Source of the DNA: Escherichia coli | Lineage (GTDB): Bacteria > Pseudomonadota > Gammaproteobacteria > Enterobacterales > Enterobacteriaceae | Reading direction: 5' to 3' (one strand) | Length of the DNA: 25,066 nt | NCBI RefSeq assembly: GCF_003334815.1 | Contig: NZ_QOWO01000048.1 | Shown: positions 8,680 through 20,463 of the stretch, piece by piece | Layout: each line of letters begins with the position of its first letter | How positions within the stretch are numbered: the stretch's first letter is position 1 | Made by a program: the position numbers and the translations under genes | Notes under the pieces: model-generated | The model's database searches: none | What the model was told of the DNA's origin: nothing | The model's input: only the letters and a program-made list of their open reading frames with translations

Positions 8680-10041
8680 ATGTTTGATAATTTAACCGAT
8701 CGTTTGTCGCGCACGCTGCGCAATATCAGTGGCCGTGGACGCCTCACTGAAGACAACGTAAAAGATACGCTGCGCGAAGTGCGCATGGCGCTGCTGGAGG
8801 CGGACGTAGCTCTGCCGGTAGTGCGTGAGTTTATCAATCGCGTAAAAGAGAAAGCGGTTGGTCATGAAGTTAATAAGAGCCTGACGCCGGGGCAGGAGTT
8901 CGTCAAAATAGTCCGTAACGAACTGGTTGCGGCGATGGGCGAAGAGAACCAGACCCTGAACCTGGCTGCGCAACCGCCTGCGGTCGTACTGATGGCGGGC
9001 CTGCAAGGTGCCGGTAAAACAACCAGCGTTGGTAAACTCGGTAAGTTCCTGCGCGAGAAGCACAAGAAGAAAGTGCTGGTGGTTTCTGCCGACGTTTATC
9101 GCCCGGCGGCAATCAAACAGCTTGAGACGCTGGCAGAGCAGGTGGGCGTTGATTTCTTCCCTTCTGATGTTGGTCAGAAGCCGGTAGATATCGTTAACGC
9201 GGCGCTGAAAGAAGCCAAACTGAAATTCTACGACGTGCTGCTGGTGGATACCGCTGGTCGTCTGCACGTTGACGAAGCGATGATGGACGAGATCAAACAA
9301 GTCCATGCGTCGATTAACCCGGTTGAAACCCTGTTTGTGGTTGACGCCATGACCGGTCAGGATGCGGCCAATACGGCAAAAGCATTCAATGAAGCGTTAC
9401 CGCTTACCGGCGTAGTGTTGACCAAAGTGGACGGCGATGCCCGCGGCGGTGCGGCGCTCTCTATTCGTCACATCACTGGCAAACCGATCAAGTTCCTCGG
9501 TGTTGGCGAGAAAACTGAGGCGCTGGAGCCGTTCCATCCGGACCGCATCGCGTCGCGTATTCTCGGCATGGGCGACGTACTGTCGCTGATCGAAGATATC
9601 GAAAGCAAAGTTGACCGCGCGCAGGCAGAGAAATTAGCCAGCAAGCTGAAAAAAGGTGACGGCTTCGATCTCAACGACTTTCTTGAGCAGCTGCGCCAGA
9701 TGAAAAATATGGGCGGCATGGCTAGTCTGATGGGCAAGCTGCCGGGCATGGGGCAGATCCCGGATAACGTCAAGTCACAGATGGACGATAAAGTGCTGGT
9801 GCGTATGGAAGCCATCATCAACTCGATGACGATGAAAGAGCGCGCTAAGCCAGAAATCATCAAAGGTTCGCGTAAACGCCGTATTGCTGCCGGTTGCGGT
9901 ATGCAGGTGCAGGACGTTAACCGTCTTCTGAAACAGTTCGACGACATGCAGCGCATGATGAAGAAAATGAAGAAGGGCGGAATGGCGAAGATGATGAGAA
10001 GCATGAAGGGTATGATGCCCCCAGGCTTCCCTGGTCGCTAA
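8680..10041 (+). CDS. ffh: Signal recognition particle protein Ffh, 453 aa
   Basis: Translation MFDNLTDRLSRTLRNISGRGRLTEDNVKDTLREVRMALLEADVALPVV... with GTPase motifs GLQGAGKTT and DTAGR and a methionine-rich C-terminal M domain. Confidence 0.97.
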   Translation: MFDNLTDRLSRTLRNISGRGRLTEDNVKDTLREVRMALLEADVALPVVREFINRVKEKAVGHEVNKSLTPGQEFVKIVRNELVAAMGEENQTLNLAAQPPAVVLMAGLQGAGKTTSVGKLGKFLREKHKKKVLVVSADVYRPAAIKQLETLAEQVGVDFFPSDVGQKPVDIVNAALKEAKLKFYDVLLVDTAGRLHVDEAMMDEIKQVHASINPVETLFVVDAMTGQDAANTAKAFNEALPLTGVVLTKVDGDARGGAALSIRHITGKPIKFLGVGEKTEALEPFHPDRIASRILGMGDVLSLIEDIESKVDRAQAEKLASKLKKGDGFDLNDFLEQLRQMKNMGGMASLMGKLPGMGQIPDNVKSQMDDKVLVRMEAIINSMTMKERAKPEIIKGSRKRRIAAGCGMQVQDVNRLLKQFDDMQRMMKKMKKGGMAKMMRSMKGMMPPGFPGR

Positions 10042-10186
10042 TCGGCCTGGCTTGTTTGCCATTTTGGCACCGGGATGTGCTCGTCATCCTCACGTACTGC
10101 GTGTACGCTCCGGTGACTGCGCGCACTCCGGCACCAAACTGGCTGCACCGCCGACGGCCTTTTACAGCAGAGTTAGCAACTGTTGA

Positions 10187-10538
<352 letters not shown>

Positions 10539-10556
10539 TCTGTCACGGTGGTCATG

Positions 10557-11105
10557 ATGAGCAAACAACTCACCGCGCAAGCACCTGTTGATCCCATCGT
10601 TTTGGGAAAAATGGGTTCGTCTTACGGTATTCGTGGGTGGCTCAGAGTGTTTTCTTCCACCGAAGACGCCGAAAGCATTTTTGACTATCAGCCCTGGTTT
10701 ATCCAGAAGGCGGGTCAGTGGCAGCAAGTCCAGCTGGAAAGCTGGAAGCACCACAATCAGGACATGATCATCAAGCTGAAAGGCGTTGACGATCGTGATG
10801 CGGCGAACCTGCTGACGAATTGTGAAATTGTCGTGGATTCATCGCAGCTGCCTCAGCTTGAAGAGGGGGACTACTACTGGAAAGACCTGATGGGCTGCCA
10901 GGTAGTAACCACTGAAGGCTACGATCTCGGTAAAGTCGTCGATATGATGGAAACCGGATCTAATGACGTTCTCGTCATTAAGGCAAACCTGAAAGATGCG
11001 TTTGGTATCAAGGAACGTCTCGTACCGTTCCTCGATGGGCAGGTTATCAAGAAAGTCGATCTCACTACTCGTTCAATCGAAGTAGATTGGGATCCTGGTT
11101 TTTAA
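10557..11105 (+). CDS. rimM: Ribosome maturation factor RimM, 182 aa
   Basis: From the ATG at 10557: [42 protein letters not shown]... Confidence 0.93.
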
Positions 11106-11135
11106 ACCACCGGATAAACGGTAAAAGACGGCGCT

Positions 11136-11903
11136 ATGTGGATTGGCATAATTAGCCTGTTTCCTGAAATGTTCCGCGCAATTACCGATTACGGGGTAAC
11201 TGGCCGGGCAGTTAAAAATGGCCTGCTGAGCATCCAGAGCTGGAGTCCTCGCGACTTCACGCATGACCGGCACCGTACCGTGGACGATCGTCCTTACGGC
11301 GGCGGACCGGGGATGTTAATGATGGTGCAACCCTTGCGGGACGCCATTCATGCAGCAAAAGCCGCGGCGGGTGAAGGCGCAAAGGTGATTTATCTGTCAC
11401 CACAGGGACGCAAGCTTGATCAAGCGGGCGTCAGCGAACTGGCAACGAATCAAAAATTGATTCTGGTGTGCGGTCGCTACGAAGGTATAGATGAGCGCGT
11501 GATCCAAACCGAAATTGACGAAGAATGGTCAATCGGCGATTACGTTCTCAGTGGTGGTGAGTTACCAGCAATGACGCTGATTGACTCCGTTTCCCGGTTT
11601 ATTCCGGGAGTACTGGGACATGAAGCCTCGGCAACGGAAGATTCCTTTGCTGAAGGATTGCTGGATTGCCCGCACTATACGCGGCCTGAGGTGTTAGAAG
11701 GGATGGAAGTTCCGCCAGTGTTACTGTCGGGCAACCATGCCGAGATACGTCGCTGGCGTTTGAAACAGTCGCTGGGCCGTACCTGGCTTAGAAGACCTGA
11801 ACTTCTGGAAAACCTGGCTCTGACTGAAGAGCAAGCAAGGTTGCTGGCGGAGTTCAAAACGGAACACGCACAACAGCAACATAAACATGATGGGATGGCG
11901 TAA
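11136..11903 (+). CDS. trmD: tRNA (guanine37-N1)-methyltransferase TrmD, 255 aa
   Basis: Translation [62 protein letters not shown]... matches TrmD. Confidence 0.97.
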
Positions 11904-11941
11904 GCCCCCGAGATATCAGTTTACCCAGGATAAGAGATTAA

Positions 11942-12292
<351 letters not shown>

Positions 12293-12321
12293 GATTTCGC
12301 TTAAGCGACATCCTGTTAAGA

Positions 12322-12351
12322 AGGGCTGGCCAATTGGCTGGCCCTTTTTTA
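12322..12351 (+). terminator. Intrinsic terminator of the rpsP operon, downstream of rplS
   Basis: AGGGCTGGCC-aatt-GGCTGGCCCT hairpin (10-bp stem with two G-U wobble pairs) followed by TTTTTT. Confidence 0.8.
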
Positions 12352-12367
12352 TCTGTTTGCTGGTGTT

Positions 12368-12850
12368 TTAAGGGGTAGTAATCACCACTGCGACGCGGCG
12401 GTTCTCGGCGCGGCCCTGGGCGGTCTTGTTACTGGCTATGGGATATTTTTTTCCTAAACCCTGTGTGGTGAGATTGCTGCGTGGAATTTGTCCACCCATA
12501 GCCCATGCATCGGCCACGACATTCGCCCGTTTCAATGATAAGCCTTCGTTGTAACTGTCTTCACCATAGTTATCGGTGTGTCCATCCATACGGGCATGTG
12601 TTAGCCCTGTCGAGGCCAATTTAGCTGCCATGGTTTGGATCTGTTGCTGGCTTTCCGGGAGCAATTTGTAGTCATTTTTTGCGAACAGAATGGCATCTGA
12701 TAAGCCCAGCGACCAGTCGCCGGCGGATTCAGTAAATCCATAAGATTGCATAGCGGCGACTTGCTCAGGAGTAAACTTTCCCTGAGGGGACTGGCAGCCA
12801 GTCAGTATTAGTGAGGTGAAAACCAGGGGTGCTACCAGGTGCTTTATCAT
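12368..12850 (-). CDS. yfiB: OmpA-family peptidoglycan-binding outer membrane lipoprotein YfiB, 160 aa
   Basis: Translation MIKHLVAPLVFTSLILTGCQSPQGKF... (lipobox LTGC) with an OmpA-like C-terminal region (NRRVAVVI); last gene of the yfiR-yfiN-yfiB operon. Confidence 0.93.
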   Translation of the reverse strand: MIKHLVAPLVFTSLILTGCQSPQGKFTPEQVAAMQSYGFTESAGDWSLGLSDAILFAKNDYKLLPESQQQIQTMAAKLASTGLTHARMDGHTDNYGEDSYNEGLSLKRANVVADAWAMGGQIPRSNLTTQGLGKKYPIASNKTAQGRAENRRVAVVITTP

Positions 12851-12865
12851 ATCGATATATCCTTG

Positions 12866-14092
12866 TTATCTCACCAGCTTTTCGGCACGCTGGTGTTTGG
12901 CCTGATACATATTGTGATCGGCAAGCTCTTGTAATTTTTCCGCAGAGGCGTGCTCAATGGTCATCGCGTAACCAATGCTTAATGTCATGGTGGTCTGATG
13001 GCCATTATGAAGATCAAACGGGAGATTAAAGATTTGTGTCAGTGCTGAACATATCTGCTGCACTTCAGATTCCGACTGTACATCATAGAGCACCATAGCG
13101 AATTCATCGCCGCCCAGGCGGTATGCTTTATGTCGCAGCCCGCCAAATTCAGCTAACCGTTTTGCGATTTCAATCAAGACTCTATCGCCCGTCGCATGAC
13201 CCCAGGTATCATTGATGTATTTGAAATTATCGCCATCAAGAAATAGTAACGCCGACGTTTTTCGGGCATCGGAATTGTTCATCAACGTGTTGATGCCGCT
13301 ACGAAACGCTGCGCGGTTAGCCAGCCCGGTTAATGGGTCATGTAGCGCGGTACGTAGAAGCTGCGCATTTTTAGCCTGTAAACGAAGCTGCCACTCTTCC
13401 ATTTCATCCAGCAGACTGTTGAAGTCGAGAGCGAAGCGGTGAAACTCAGCGATACGTTCTTCCGAAACTCGTCGGGAAAAATTGCGGTTGGAACGCACAT
13501 CATGTACGACATCGGTGATATTTTTCAGCGCTTCTACCAGGCCATTGTGCAAATGGCGGGTGAGGGTAATTGCGATGCCTGATGCCAGCAGAATACAACC
13601 GGTCAGTACGGCGAGCGAAAACCAGATAAAATGGCTGATTGAACTGTCGCGAGCGGTTAAGCGTACTTCGCCAATGGTTTCACCATTGTGACGAATCGGC
13701 TGAATGATGGGGGCAGGGAAGAGCCAGTGGCTTATGAAATTACTGAAAGTATCGCCTGGATCCTTACGGGTGTAATGCCAGGATGCCAGAATATTTTGCT
13801 GCTTATCACGTACTTCTGCAGTTGAAAATTGCCCTTGCTGGCCCAGCGCTGCCAGTGTTTCAGTTGCTGCAGGGCCATCGGCAAAAACGACAGCTGCTTC
13901 CAGACTGTAAGTCATTGTTGCTGCTGTCAGTGCCAGGTTTTTTTGCGCGTACTGTTTCAGGGTCAGCACCGAGGTCACGGAAAGCAGCAACCAGATCAGC
14001 ATCATAGTGATAAATATGCTGGTCATACTGATGTTGCGTAATGCTCTTTTAAACGTGGGGCGCTTATTAAGAGAATTATCGTTATCCATCAT
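12866..14092 (-). CDS. dgcN: Inner-membrane diguanylate cyclase YfiN (DgcN), 408 aa
   Basis: Translation [37 protein letters not shown]... with an N-terminal transmembrane/periplasmic region and a C-terminal GGDEF domain ([12 protein letters not shown]). Confidence 0.93.
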
Positions 14093-14600
14093 TTTTCTTC
14101 CGTGCGAGCATTAAGACATCCGGGTTGACCTTTACACCGCTACGCGATAAGGCATCCAGGTTTACGGCAAATCTGACGTCATTATTGTGGATGATCAGAC
14201 AAAAGGCGCTACCAATAATGCACTCGGTATTTTGTTCGGCAATTAATAATAACGCCTTTGACGGATATTGTTCGGTTAATTCCATCTGGAATGTCGGTGA
14301 CTCGTTGCCAAAATAAAAACCATTGCAGCCTGAAATCATCGCCTCTTGTTGAGTGTGAATGATGACAGGCAGATAAGGCAAAGATGTCGCGGCATTCTCT
14401 TGTAGGGCGGTACTAAAACGTGAAGATGAAAAGATACATAACTTTGGTGGCCCTGATAGCGCAGGCCAGCGGGTGTAACTGACAATACCGGAAACCATCA
14501 TACGCACGTTTTTCGCAACGTCAGAAGGCTCCTGAGCGAGTATTGGTGCTCCCGTCAGCAGGAGAATCAGAAGTAAGAACAGTCGGTGAGAAAAACGCAT
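14082..14600 (-). CDS. yfiR: Periplasmic repressor of YfiN, YfiR, 172 aa
   Basis: Translation [46 protein letters not shown]... with a signal peptide; overlaps the yfiN start by 11 nt. Confidence 0.9.
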
Positions 14601-14749
14601 TCAGGGATCCCCACCATCTTCGCTCGAAATGCATCGATATTTTTTCAGAATGCTCATTAAAATATCATTTTTTCATGCGACCGTCATCAATGTGAGAAAT
14701 AAAACACAATGAGTAAAATCTTATGTTTAATTTATTTGTGGGGTTTTAA

Positions 14750-15115
14750 TTAATTTAATCGTATTGTGCTGGCATTTTCATCAGCCCCTTTTTGCCATAC
14801 TTCATGCAGTTGGCTGGCATTTTCAACATTGTTGCAGCTGGCAGGAAAGCTTTTACCGGAAAGTCCTCGGGCATAAGTAAAATCGGTCTGGCAAGTTTTC
14901 TTTTGTCCTTCGGCATATCCTTTAAGGTATAGACCGCGATCCGCCTGTGAATCGCTAAATGCATCGTCATCTTTTATGGCGCTGCCCGATATCGCATCTT
15001 CCATACCGACATCATACCAGTCGGTGCTGGTCAAGGTTGGCGCGTGAGTATAAGGATCAATCTGACATCCGCTAACCAGTAAAGCCAACAAGGGGGCGAT
15101 AAACTTTTTCATCAT
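14750..15115 (-). CDS. yfiL: Lipoprotein YfiL, 121 aa
   Basis: From the internal ATG at 15113-15115: MMKKFIAPLLALLVSGCQIDPYTHAPTLTSTDWYDVG... with lipobox LVSGC. The ORF track version extends 13 codons upstream. Confidence 0.8.
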   Translation of the reverse strand: MMKKFIAPLLALLVSGCQIDPYTHAPTLTSTDWYDVGMEDAISGSAIKDDDAFSDSQADRGLYLKGYAEGQKKTCQTDFTYARGLSGKSFPASCNNVENASQLHEVWQKGADENASTIRLN

Positions 15116-15160
15116 TTCTTTCTCCTTTTTCAAAGCATAGCGGATTGTTTTCAAAGGGAG

Positions 15161-15230
15161 TGTAAATTTATCTATACAGAGGTAAGGGTTGAAAGCGCGA
15201 CTAAATTGCCTGTGTAAATAAAAATGTACG
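15161..15230 (+). promoter_or_regulatory. aroF: TyrR boxes upstream of aroF
   Basis: TGTAAA-tttatc-TATACA (15161-15178) and TGTAAA-taaaaa-TGTACG (15213-15230) fit the TyrR box consensus TGTAAA-N6-TTTACA; a weaker TGAAAA-N6-TTTATG lies at 15241-15258, overlapping the putative -35. Confidence 0.7.
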
Positions 15231-15239
15231 AAATATGGA

Positions 15240-15267
15240 TTGAAAACTTTACTTTATGTGTTATCGT
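15240..15267 (+). promoter_or_regulatory. aroF: Putative aroF promoter
   Basis: -35 TTGAAA (15240-15245), 16-bp spacer, -10 TATCGT (15262-15267), about 58 bp upstream of the aroF ATG and adjacent to the TyrR boxes. Confidence 0.5.
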
Positions 15268-15324
15268 TACGTCATCCTCGCTGAGGATCAACTATCGCAA
15301 ACGAGCATAAACAGGATCGCCATC

Positions 15325-16395
15325 ATGCAAAAAGACGCGCTGAATAACGTACATATTACCGACGAACAGGTTTTAATGACTCCGGAACAACTGAAGGCCG
15401 CTTTTCCATTGAGCCTGCAACAAGAAGCCCAGATTGCTGACTCGCGTAAAAGCATTTCAGATATTATCGCCGGGCGCGATCCTCGTCTGCTGGTAGTATG
15501 TGGTCCTTGTTCCATTCATGATCCGGAAACTGCTCTGGAATATGCTCGTCGATTTAAAGCCCTTGCCGCAGAGGTCAGCGATAGCCTCTATCTGGTAATG
15601 CGCGTCTATTTTGAAAAACCCCGTACCACTGTCGGCTGGAAAGGGTTAATTAACGATCCCCATATGGATGGCTCTTTTGATGTAGAAGCCGGGCTGCAGA
15701 TCGCGCGTAAATTGCTGCTTGAGCTGGTGAATATGGGACTGCCACTGGCGACGGAAGCGTTAGATCCGAATAGCCCGCAATACCTGGGCGATCTGTTTAG
15801 CTGGTCAGCAATTGGTGCTCGTACAACGGAATCGCAAACTCACCGTGAAATGGCCTCCGGGCTTTCCATGCCGGTTGGTTTTAAAAACGGCACCGACGGC
15901 AGTCTGGCAACAGCAATTAACGCTATGCGCGCCGCCGCCCAGCCGCACCGTTTTGTTGGCATTAACCAGGCAGGGCAGGTTGCGTTGCTACAAACTCAGG
16001 GGAATCCGGACGGCCATGTGATCCTGCGCGGTGGTAAAGCGCCGAACTATAGCCCTGCGGATGTTGCGCAATGTGAAAAAGAGATGGAACAGGCGGGACT
16101 GCGCCCGTCTCTGATGGTAGATTGCAGCCACGGTAATTCCAATAAAGATTATCGCCGTCAGCCTGCGGTGGCAGAATCCGTGGTTGCTCAAATCAAAGAT
16201 GGCAATCGCTCAATTATTGGTCTGATGATCGAAAGTAATATCCACGAGGGCAATCAGTCTTCCGAGCAACCGCGCAGTGAAATGAAATACGGTGTATCCG
16301 TAACCGATGCCTGCATTAGCTGGGAAATGACCGATGCCTTGCTGCGTGAAATTCATCAGGATCTGAACGGGCAGCTGACGGCTCGCGTGGCTTAA
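15325..16395 (+). CDS. aroF: Tyrosine-sensitive DAHP synthase AroF, 356 aa
   Basis: From the ATG at 15325: [66 protein letters not shown]...; the ORF track version extends 23 codons upstream. Confidence 0.95.
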   Translation: MQKDALNNVHITDEQVLMTPEQLKAAFPLSLQQEAQIADSRKSISDIIAGRDPRLLVVCGPCSIHDPETALEYARRFKALAAEVSDSLYLVMRVYFEKPRTTVGWKGLINDPHMDGSFDVEAGLQIARKLLLELVNMGLPLATEALDPNSPQYLGDLFSWSAIGARTTESQTHREMASGLSMPVGFKNGTDGSLATAINAMRAAAQPHRFVGINQAGQVALLQTQGNPDGHVILRGGKAPNYSPADVAQCEKEMEQAGLRPSLMVDCSHGNSNKDYRRQPAVAESVVAQIKDGNRSIIGLMIESNIHEGNQSSEQPRSEMKYGVSVTDACISWEMTDALLREIHQDLNGQLTARVA

Positions 16396-16405
16396 GAGGT
16401 TTATT

Positions 16406-17527
16406 ATGGTTGCTGAATTGACCGCATTACGCGATCAAATTGATGAAGTCGATAAAGCGCTGCTGAATTTATTAGCGAAGCGTCTGGAACTGGTTGCTGA
16501 AGTGGGCGAGGTGAAAAGCCGCTTTGGACTGCCTATTTATGTTCCGGAGCGCGAGGCATCTATGTTGGCCTCGCGTCGTGCAGAGGCGGAAGCTCTGGGT
16601 GTACCGCCAGATCTGATTGAGGATGTTTTGCGTCGGGTGATGCGTGAATCTTACTCCAGTGAAAACGACAAAGGATTTAAAACACTTTGTCCGTCACTGC
16701 GTCCGGTGGTTATCGTCGGCGGTGGCGGTCAGATGGGACGCCTGTTCGAGAAGATGCTGACCCTCTCGGGTTATCAGGTGCGGATTCTGGAGCAACATGA
16801 CTGGGATCGAGCGGCTGATATTGTTGCCGATGCCGGAATGGTGATTGTTAGTGTGCCAATCCACGTTACTGAGCAAGTTATTGGCAAATTACCGCCTTTA
16901 CCGAAAGATTGTATTCTGGTCGATCTGGCATCAGTGAAAAATGGGCCATTACAGGCCATGCTGGTGGCGCATGATGGTCCGGTGCTGGGGCTACACCCGA
17001 TGTTCGGTCCGGACAGCGGTAGCCTGGCAAAGCAAGTTGTGGTCTGGTGTGATGGACGTAAACCGGAAGCATACCAATGGTTTCTGGAGCAAATTCAGGT
17101 CTGGGGCGCTCGGCTGCATCGTATTAGCGCCGTCGAGCACGATCAGAATATGGCGTTTATTCAGGCACTGCGCCACTTTGCTACTTTTGCTTACGGGCTG
17201 CACCTGGCAGAAGAAAATGTTCAGCTTGAGCAACTTCTGGCGCTCTCTTCGCCGATTTACCGCCTTGAGCTGGCGATGGTCGGGCGACTGTTTGCTCAGG
17301 ATCCGCAGCTTTATGCCGACATCATTATGTCGTCAGAGCGTAATCTGGCGTTAATCAAACGTTACTATAAGCGTTTCGGCGAGGCGATTGAGTTGCTGGA
17401 GCAGGGCGATAAGCAGGCGTTTATTGACAGTTTCCGCAAGGTGGAGCACTGGTTCGGCGATTACGCACAGCGTTTTCAGAGTGAAAGCCGCGTGTTATTG
17501 CGTCAGGCGAATGACAATCGCCAGTAA
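16406..17527 (+). CDS. tyrA: Bifunctional chorismate mutase / prephenate dehydrogenase TyrA, 373 aa
   Basis: Translation [55 protein letters not shown]... matches TyrA; 10-bp gap after aroF (operon). Confidence 0.97.
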   Translation: MVAELTALRDQIDEVDKALLNLLAKRLELVAEVGEVKSRFGLPIYVPEREASMLASRRAEAEALGVPPDLIEDVLRRVMRESYSSENDKGFKTLCPSLRPVVIVGGGGQMGRLFEKMLTLSGYQVRILEQHDWDRAADIVADAGMVIVSVPIHVTEQVIGKLPPLPKDCILVDLASVKNGPLQAMLVAHDGPVLGLHPMFGPDSGSLAKQVVVWCDGRKPEAYQWFLEQIQVWGARLHRISAVEHDQNMAFIQALRHFATFAYGLHLAEENVQLEQLLALSSPIYRLELAMVGRLFAQDPQLYADIIMSSERNLALIKRYYKRFGEAIELLEQGDKQAFIDSFRKVEHWFGDYAQRFQSESRVLLRQANDNRQ

Positions 17528-17534
17528 TAATCCA

Positions 17535-17567
17535 GTGCCGGATGATTCACATCATCCGGCACCTTTT
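17535..17567. terminator. Bidirectional intrinsic terminator shared by convergent tyrA and pheA
   Basis: GTGCCGGATGAT-tcac-ATCATCCGGCAC: perfect 12-bp stem, 4-nt loop, followed by CTTTTC on the + strand; it lies between the tyrA stop (17527) and the pheA stop (17570). Confidence 0.8.
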
Positions 17568-17569
17568 CA

Positions 17570-18730
17570 TCAGGTTGGATCAACAGGCACTACGTTCTCA
17601 CTTGGGTAACAGCCCAATACCTTCATTGAACGGGTGATTTCCCCTAACTCTTTCAATGCTTTTTGCATTTCCGCTGATTCAAGATTGGCCTGAATATCCA
17701 GATAGAACATCTCTTCCCATGGATTACCGTGAATCGGGCGTGATTCCAGACGGGTCATAATCAGATTGTGGTTGCGCAGTACCAGCAACGCTTCAACCAG
17801 CGCACCGGCTTGTTGCCCGGTCGCCATTAACAACGTGGTTTTCGCCGGAACCTGATCAGACACGTTAATGGCTTTACGCGCCAACACCACAAATCGGGTG
17901 AAGTTTTGTCGCTGATTTGCTTCAATACGCTCCAGTACCTGCAAACCGTACAAAGTGCCGCCAGCTTCGCTTCCCAACGCAGCAACATGCGGTGATTTTG
18001 CCTGTGCAACCTTTTCCATTGCCGCAGACGTACTTTCGGTATATTCAATCTTCCAGTGCGGATAACGATTAAGGAATTTGCTGCATTGCTGGAATGGCTG
18101 CGGATGGCTGTAGACCGTATTGATGGTGGATAAATCAGTAGTGCCGGAGACCAACAAACAATGGTCGATAGTTAACGTCATCTCGCCAACAATCGACAAG
18201 CTGGTATGTTGCAGCAGATCGTAAACGTCGTTTATGGCACCGGAGCTGGTATTTTCAATCGGTACGACGGCATAGTCGGCCTGGCCGGTTTCCACCTGAT
18301 TAAAAATATCGGCAAATTTGGCGCAGCCACTTTCAATGAATTGCTCAAAGTGACGGGCAGCATACTGGCGCGCCGCAAGATGGGAATAAGAACCTTTGGG
18401 GCCGAGAAAAGCGATGCGTGCTGAGTGCGGATTAATTTTATTGAGATGTTGTTGGAGCAAAGCCTGCTGAGTTAATACGGAATCTTCAATGATGAGCTGG
18501 AACAGGCGAGTAATGTAATGGGCGTCCAGATGGTGCGCTTTACCGAGCGTAATTAATCTTTCCAGCAAATCGCGTTCACGATCAATATCACGTACCGGGC
18601 GATGCGAGAGCAGTTTGGCTTTTCCCACCTCGACGGCCAGTTCGCGCCGTTCTGCCAGTAACGCTAATAATTTTTCATCCAGCGCGCTGATTTTCTCTCG
18701 CAGCGCCAGTAACGGGTTTTCCGATGTCAT
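17570..18730 (-). CDS. pheA: Bifunctional chorismate mutase / prephenate dehydratase PheA, 386 aa
   Basis: Translation [59 protein letters not shown]... matches PheA. Confidence 0.97.
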
Positions 18731-18752
18731 AGTGTTGCCTTTTTGTTATCAA

Positions 18753-18784
18753 TAAAAAAGGCCCCCCGATTTGGGAGGCCTTAT
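18753..18784 (-). terminator. pheL: pheA attenuator terminator (leader 3:4 hairpin)
   Basis: On the minus strand: AAGGCCTCCC-aaatc-GGGGGGCCTT followed by TTTTTT, lying between the pheL stop and the pheA start. Confidence 0.75.
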
Positions 18785-18828
18785 TGTTCGTCTTCGCATT
18801 CTGTTTCACACGACGAAACGCCTCCCAT

Positions 18829-18876
18829 TCAGGGGAAGGTAAAAAAGAATGCGAAGAAAAACGGTATGTGTTTCAT
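18829..18876 (-). CDS. pheL: pheA leader peptide PheL (15 aa, Phe-rich)
   Basis: Reverse complement reads ATG AAA CAC ATA CCG TTT TTC TTC GCA TTC TTT TTT ACC TTC CCC TGA = [15 protein letters not shown]; seven Phe codons, the classical attenuation leader. Confidence 0.85.
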
Positions 18877-18900
18877 GTTTGTTTCCTTAAGTGACTTTAG

Positions 18901-18931
18901 TACAGTACCCGTACTGTTTTCACGCTGTCAA
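18901..18931 (-). promoter_or_regulatory. pheA: Putative pheL-pheA promoter
   Basis: On the minus strand: -35 TTGACA (revcomp of 18926-18931) and a candidate -10 TACTGTA (revcomp of 18901-18907) at 18-bp spacing; hexamer assignment is uncertain. Confidence 0.45.
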
Positions 18932-18932
18932 C

Positions 18933-18956
18933 AAAAAACGCGCCCGAAGGCGCGTT
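18933..18956 (-). terminator. Intrinsic terminator downstream of raiA
   Basis: On the minus strand: AACGCGCC-ttcg-GGCGCGTT followed by TTTTTT; about 25 bp after the raiA stop. Confidence 0.75.
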
Positions 18957-18979
18957 GGCGATACACTCAATATAAAGGA

Positions 18980-19375
<396 letters not shown>

Positions 19376-19543
19376 TCAAAATGTGTGATGAAAATCTCAT
19401 AATTTTGTCACTTTTTGTCAACGAATCTTTTTTGTGAGAAATCGCAGGAAGAGATGTTTTTTTACTTGAGGAATATCTCAAAGCGAGCCATATTTGATGA
19501 GATCGATAGCGACTAAATCGCTTCAGTTTCACAACTGACAGAA

Positions 19544-19576
19544 TAAAAAAACGGCAGCTCAAGGGCTGCCGTTTTG
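19544..19576 (-). terminator. Intrinsic terminator downstream of bamD
   Basis: On the minus strand: AAAACGGCAGC-ccttga-GCTGCCGTT followed by TTTTTTT; about 16 bp after the bamD stop. Confidence 0.8.
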
Positions 19577-19591
19577 TGTTTCAGGTTTCTG

Positions 19592-20329
19592 TTATGTATT
19601 GCTGCTGTTTGCGGCGATGATTTTCGCTACTTTTTCAGCTTGCGCATTCATCTGCATCTGACGGTATGCATTTTCCATCAGCGGCAGCGCATCACGCGTA
19701 GCCTGGGTATCCGGGTAGTCGCGCAACATGCCTTCTACGCGGTTAACGACGGCAACCCATGCGCCACGTTCTGTATAGTACTCGGCCACGGAGTATTCAT
19801 ATTTCGCCAGACGATCTTTCAGGAATACCAGACGTTTGGTGGCATCGGTGGTGTACTGACTGTTCGGATAGCCGCGCACCAGTTTGGAAAAGTCACTAAA
19901 CGCAGCTCGTGCATGTTGAGGATCGCGATCGCTACGATCGACGCCAAAGAACCCTTGCAGCGCACTGTCATCCAGCGCCATATTGGTCAGGCCACGCATG
20001 TACATGACATAATCGATATTCGGATGGGTCGGGTTAAGGCGAATAAAACGATCGATGGCAGCCTGTGCTAACGGCAAATCGGCGTTTTTATAGTAGGCGT
20101 AGATGAGATCCAGCTGCACCTGCTGCGAATACGGACCAAACGGATAGCGATTATCTAACGCTTCCAGTTGCGTTATTGCCTGTCTCCAGTTACCGTCCTG
20201 CAGCTTTTGTTGTGCAGTCGCGTAAATTTCATTTGGCGGATTATCAGGTACTTCTTCCTTTGACCCCGAGCAACCCGCCAAAAACAGGCTTAGTGTGGCG
20301 GCTGCCACCAGATATTTCATGCGCGTCAT
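19592..20329 (-). CDS. bamD: Outer membrane protein assembly factor BamD (YfiO) lipoprotein, 245 aa
   Basis: Translation [67 protein letters not shown]... with lipobox LAGC and TPR-like repeats. Confidence 0.95.
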
Positions 20330-20463
20330 GACGTTTTGACTTTCCTCAAAATGTAATACGGGAGATTCTCTGTTCCTGCTCCCGGTTAAGACCAGCTACA
20401 ATAGCACACTATATTAAACGGCAAAGCCGTAAAACCCCAACGATAAACGAAGAAGCAGTATAT

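Noticed and set aside
8692-9306. 204-aa minus-strand ORF antisense to ffh, plus other ORFs inside ffh (8862-9112, 9468-10276).
   Set aside because: All lie within the ffh coding sequence in alternative frames or antisense, with no independent ribosome-binding site or recognisable motif; the sense gene is unambiguous.
10060-10160. Possible REP/BIME element in the ffh-rpsP spacer.
   Set aside because: I could not match it to the REP consensus by eye; kept only as a low-interest finding, not annotated as a repeat.
16941-17354. 137-aa plus-strand ORF in an alternative frame within tyrA, and similar alternative-frame ORFs in aroF and tyrA (15812-16021, 16694-17233).
   Set aside because: They overlap well-supported coding sequence in other frames and give Cys/Trp/Arg-rich products typical of off-frame translation.
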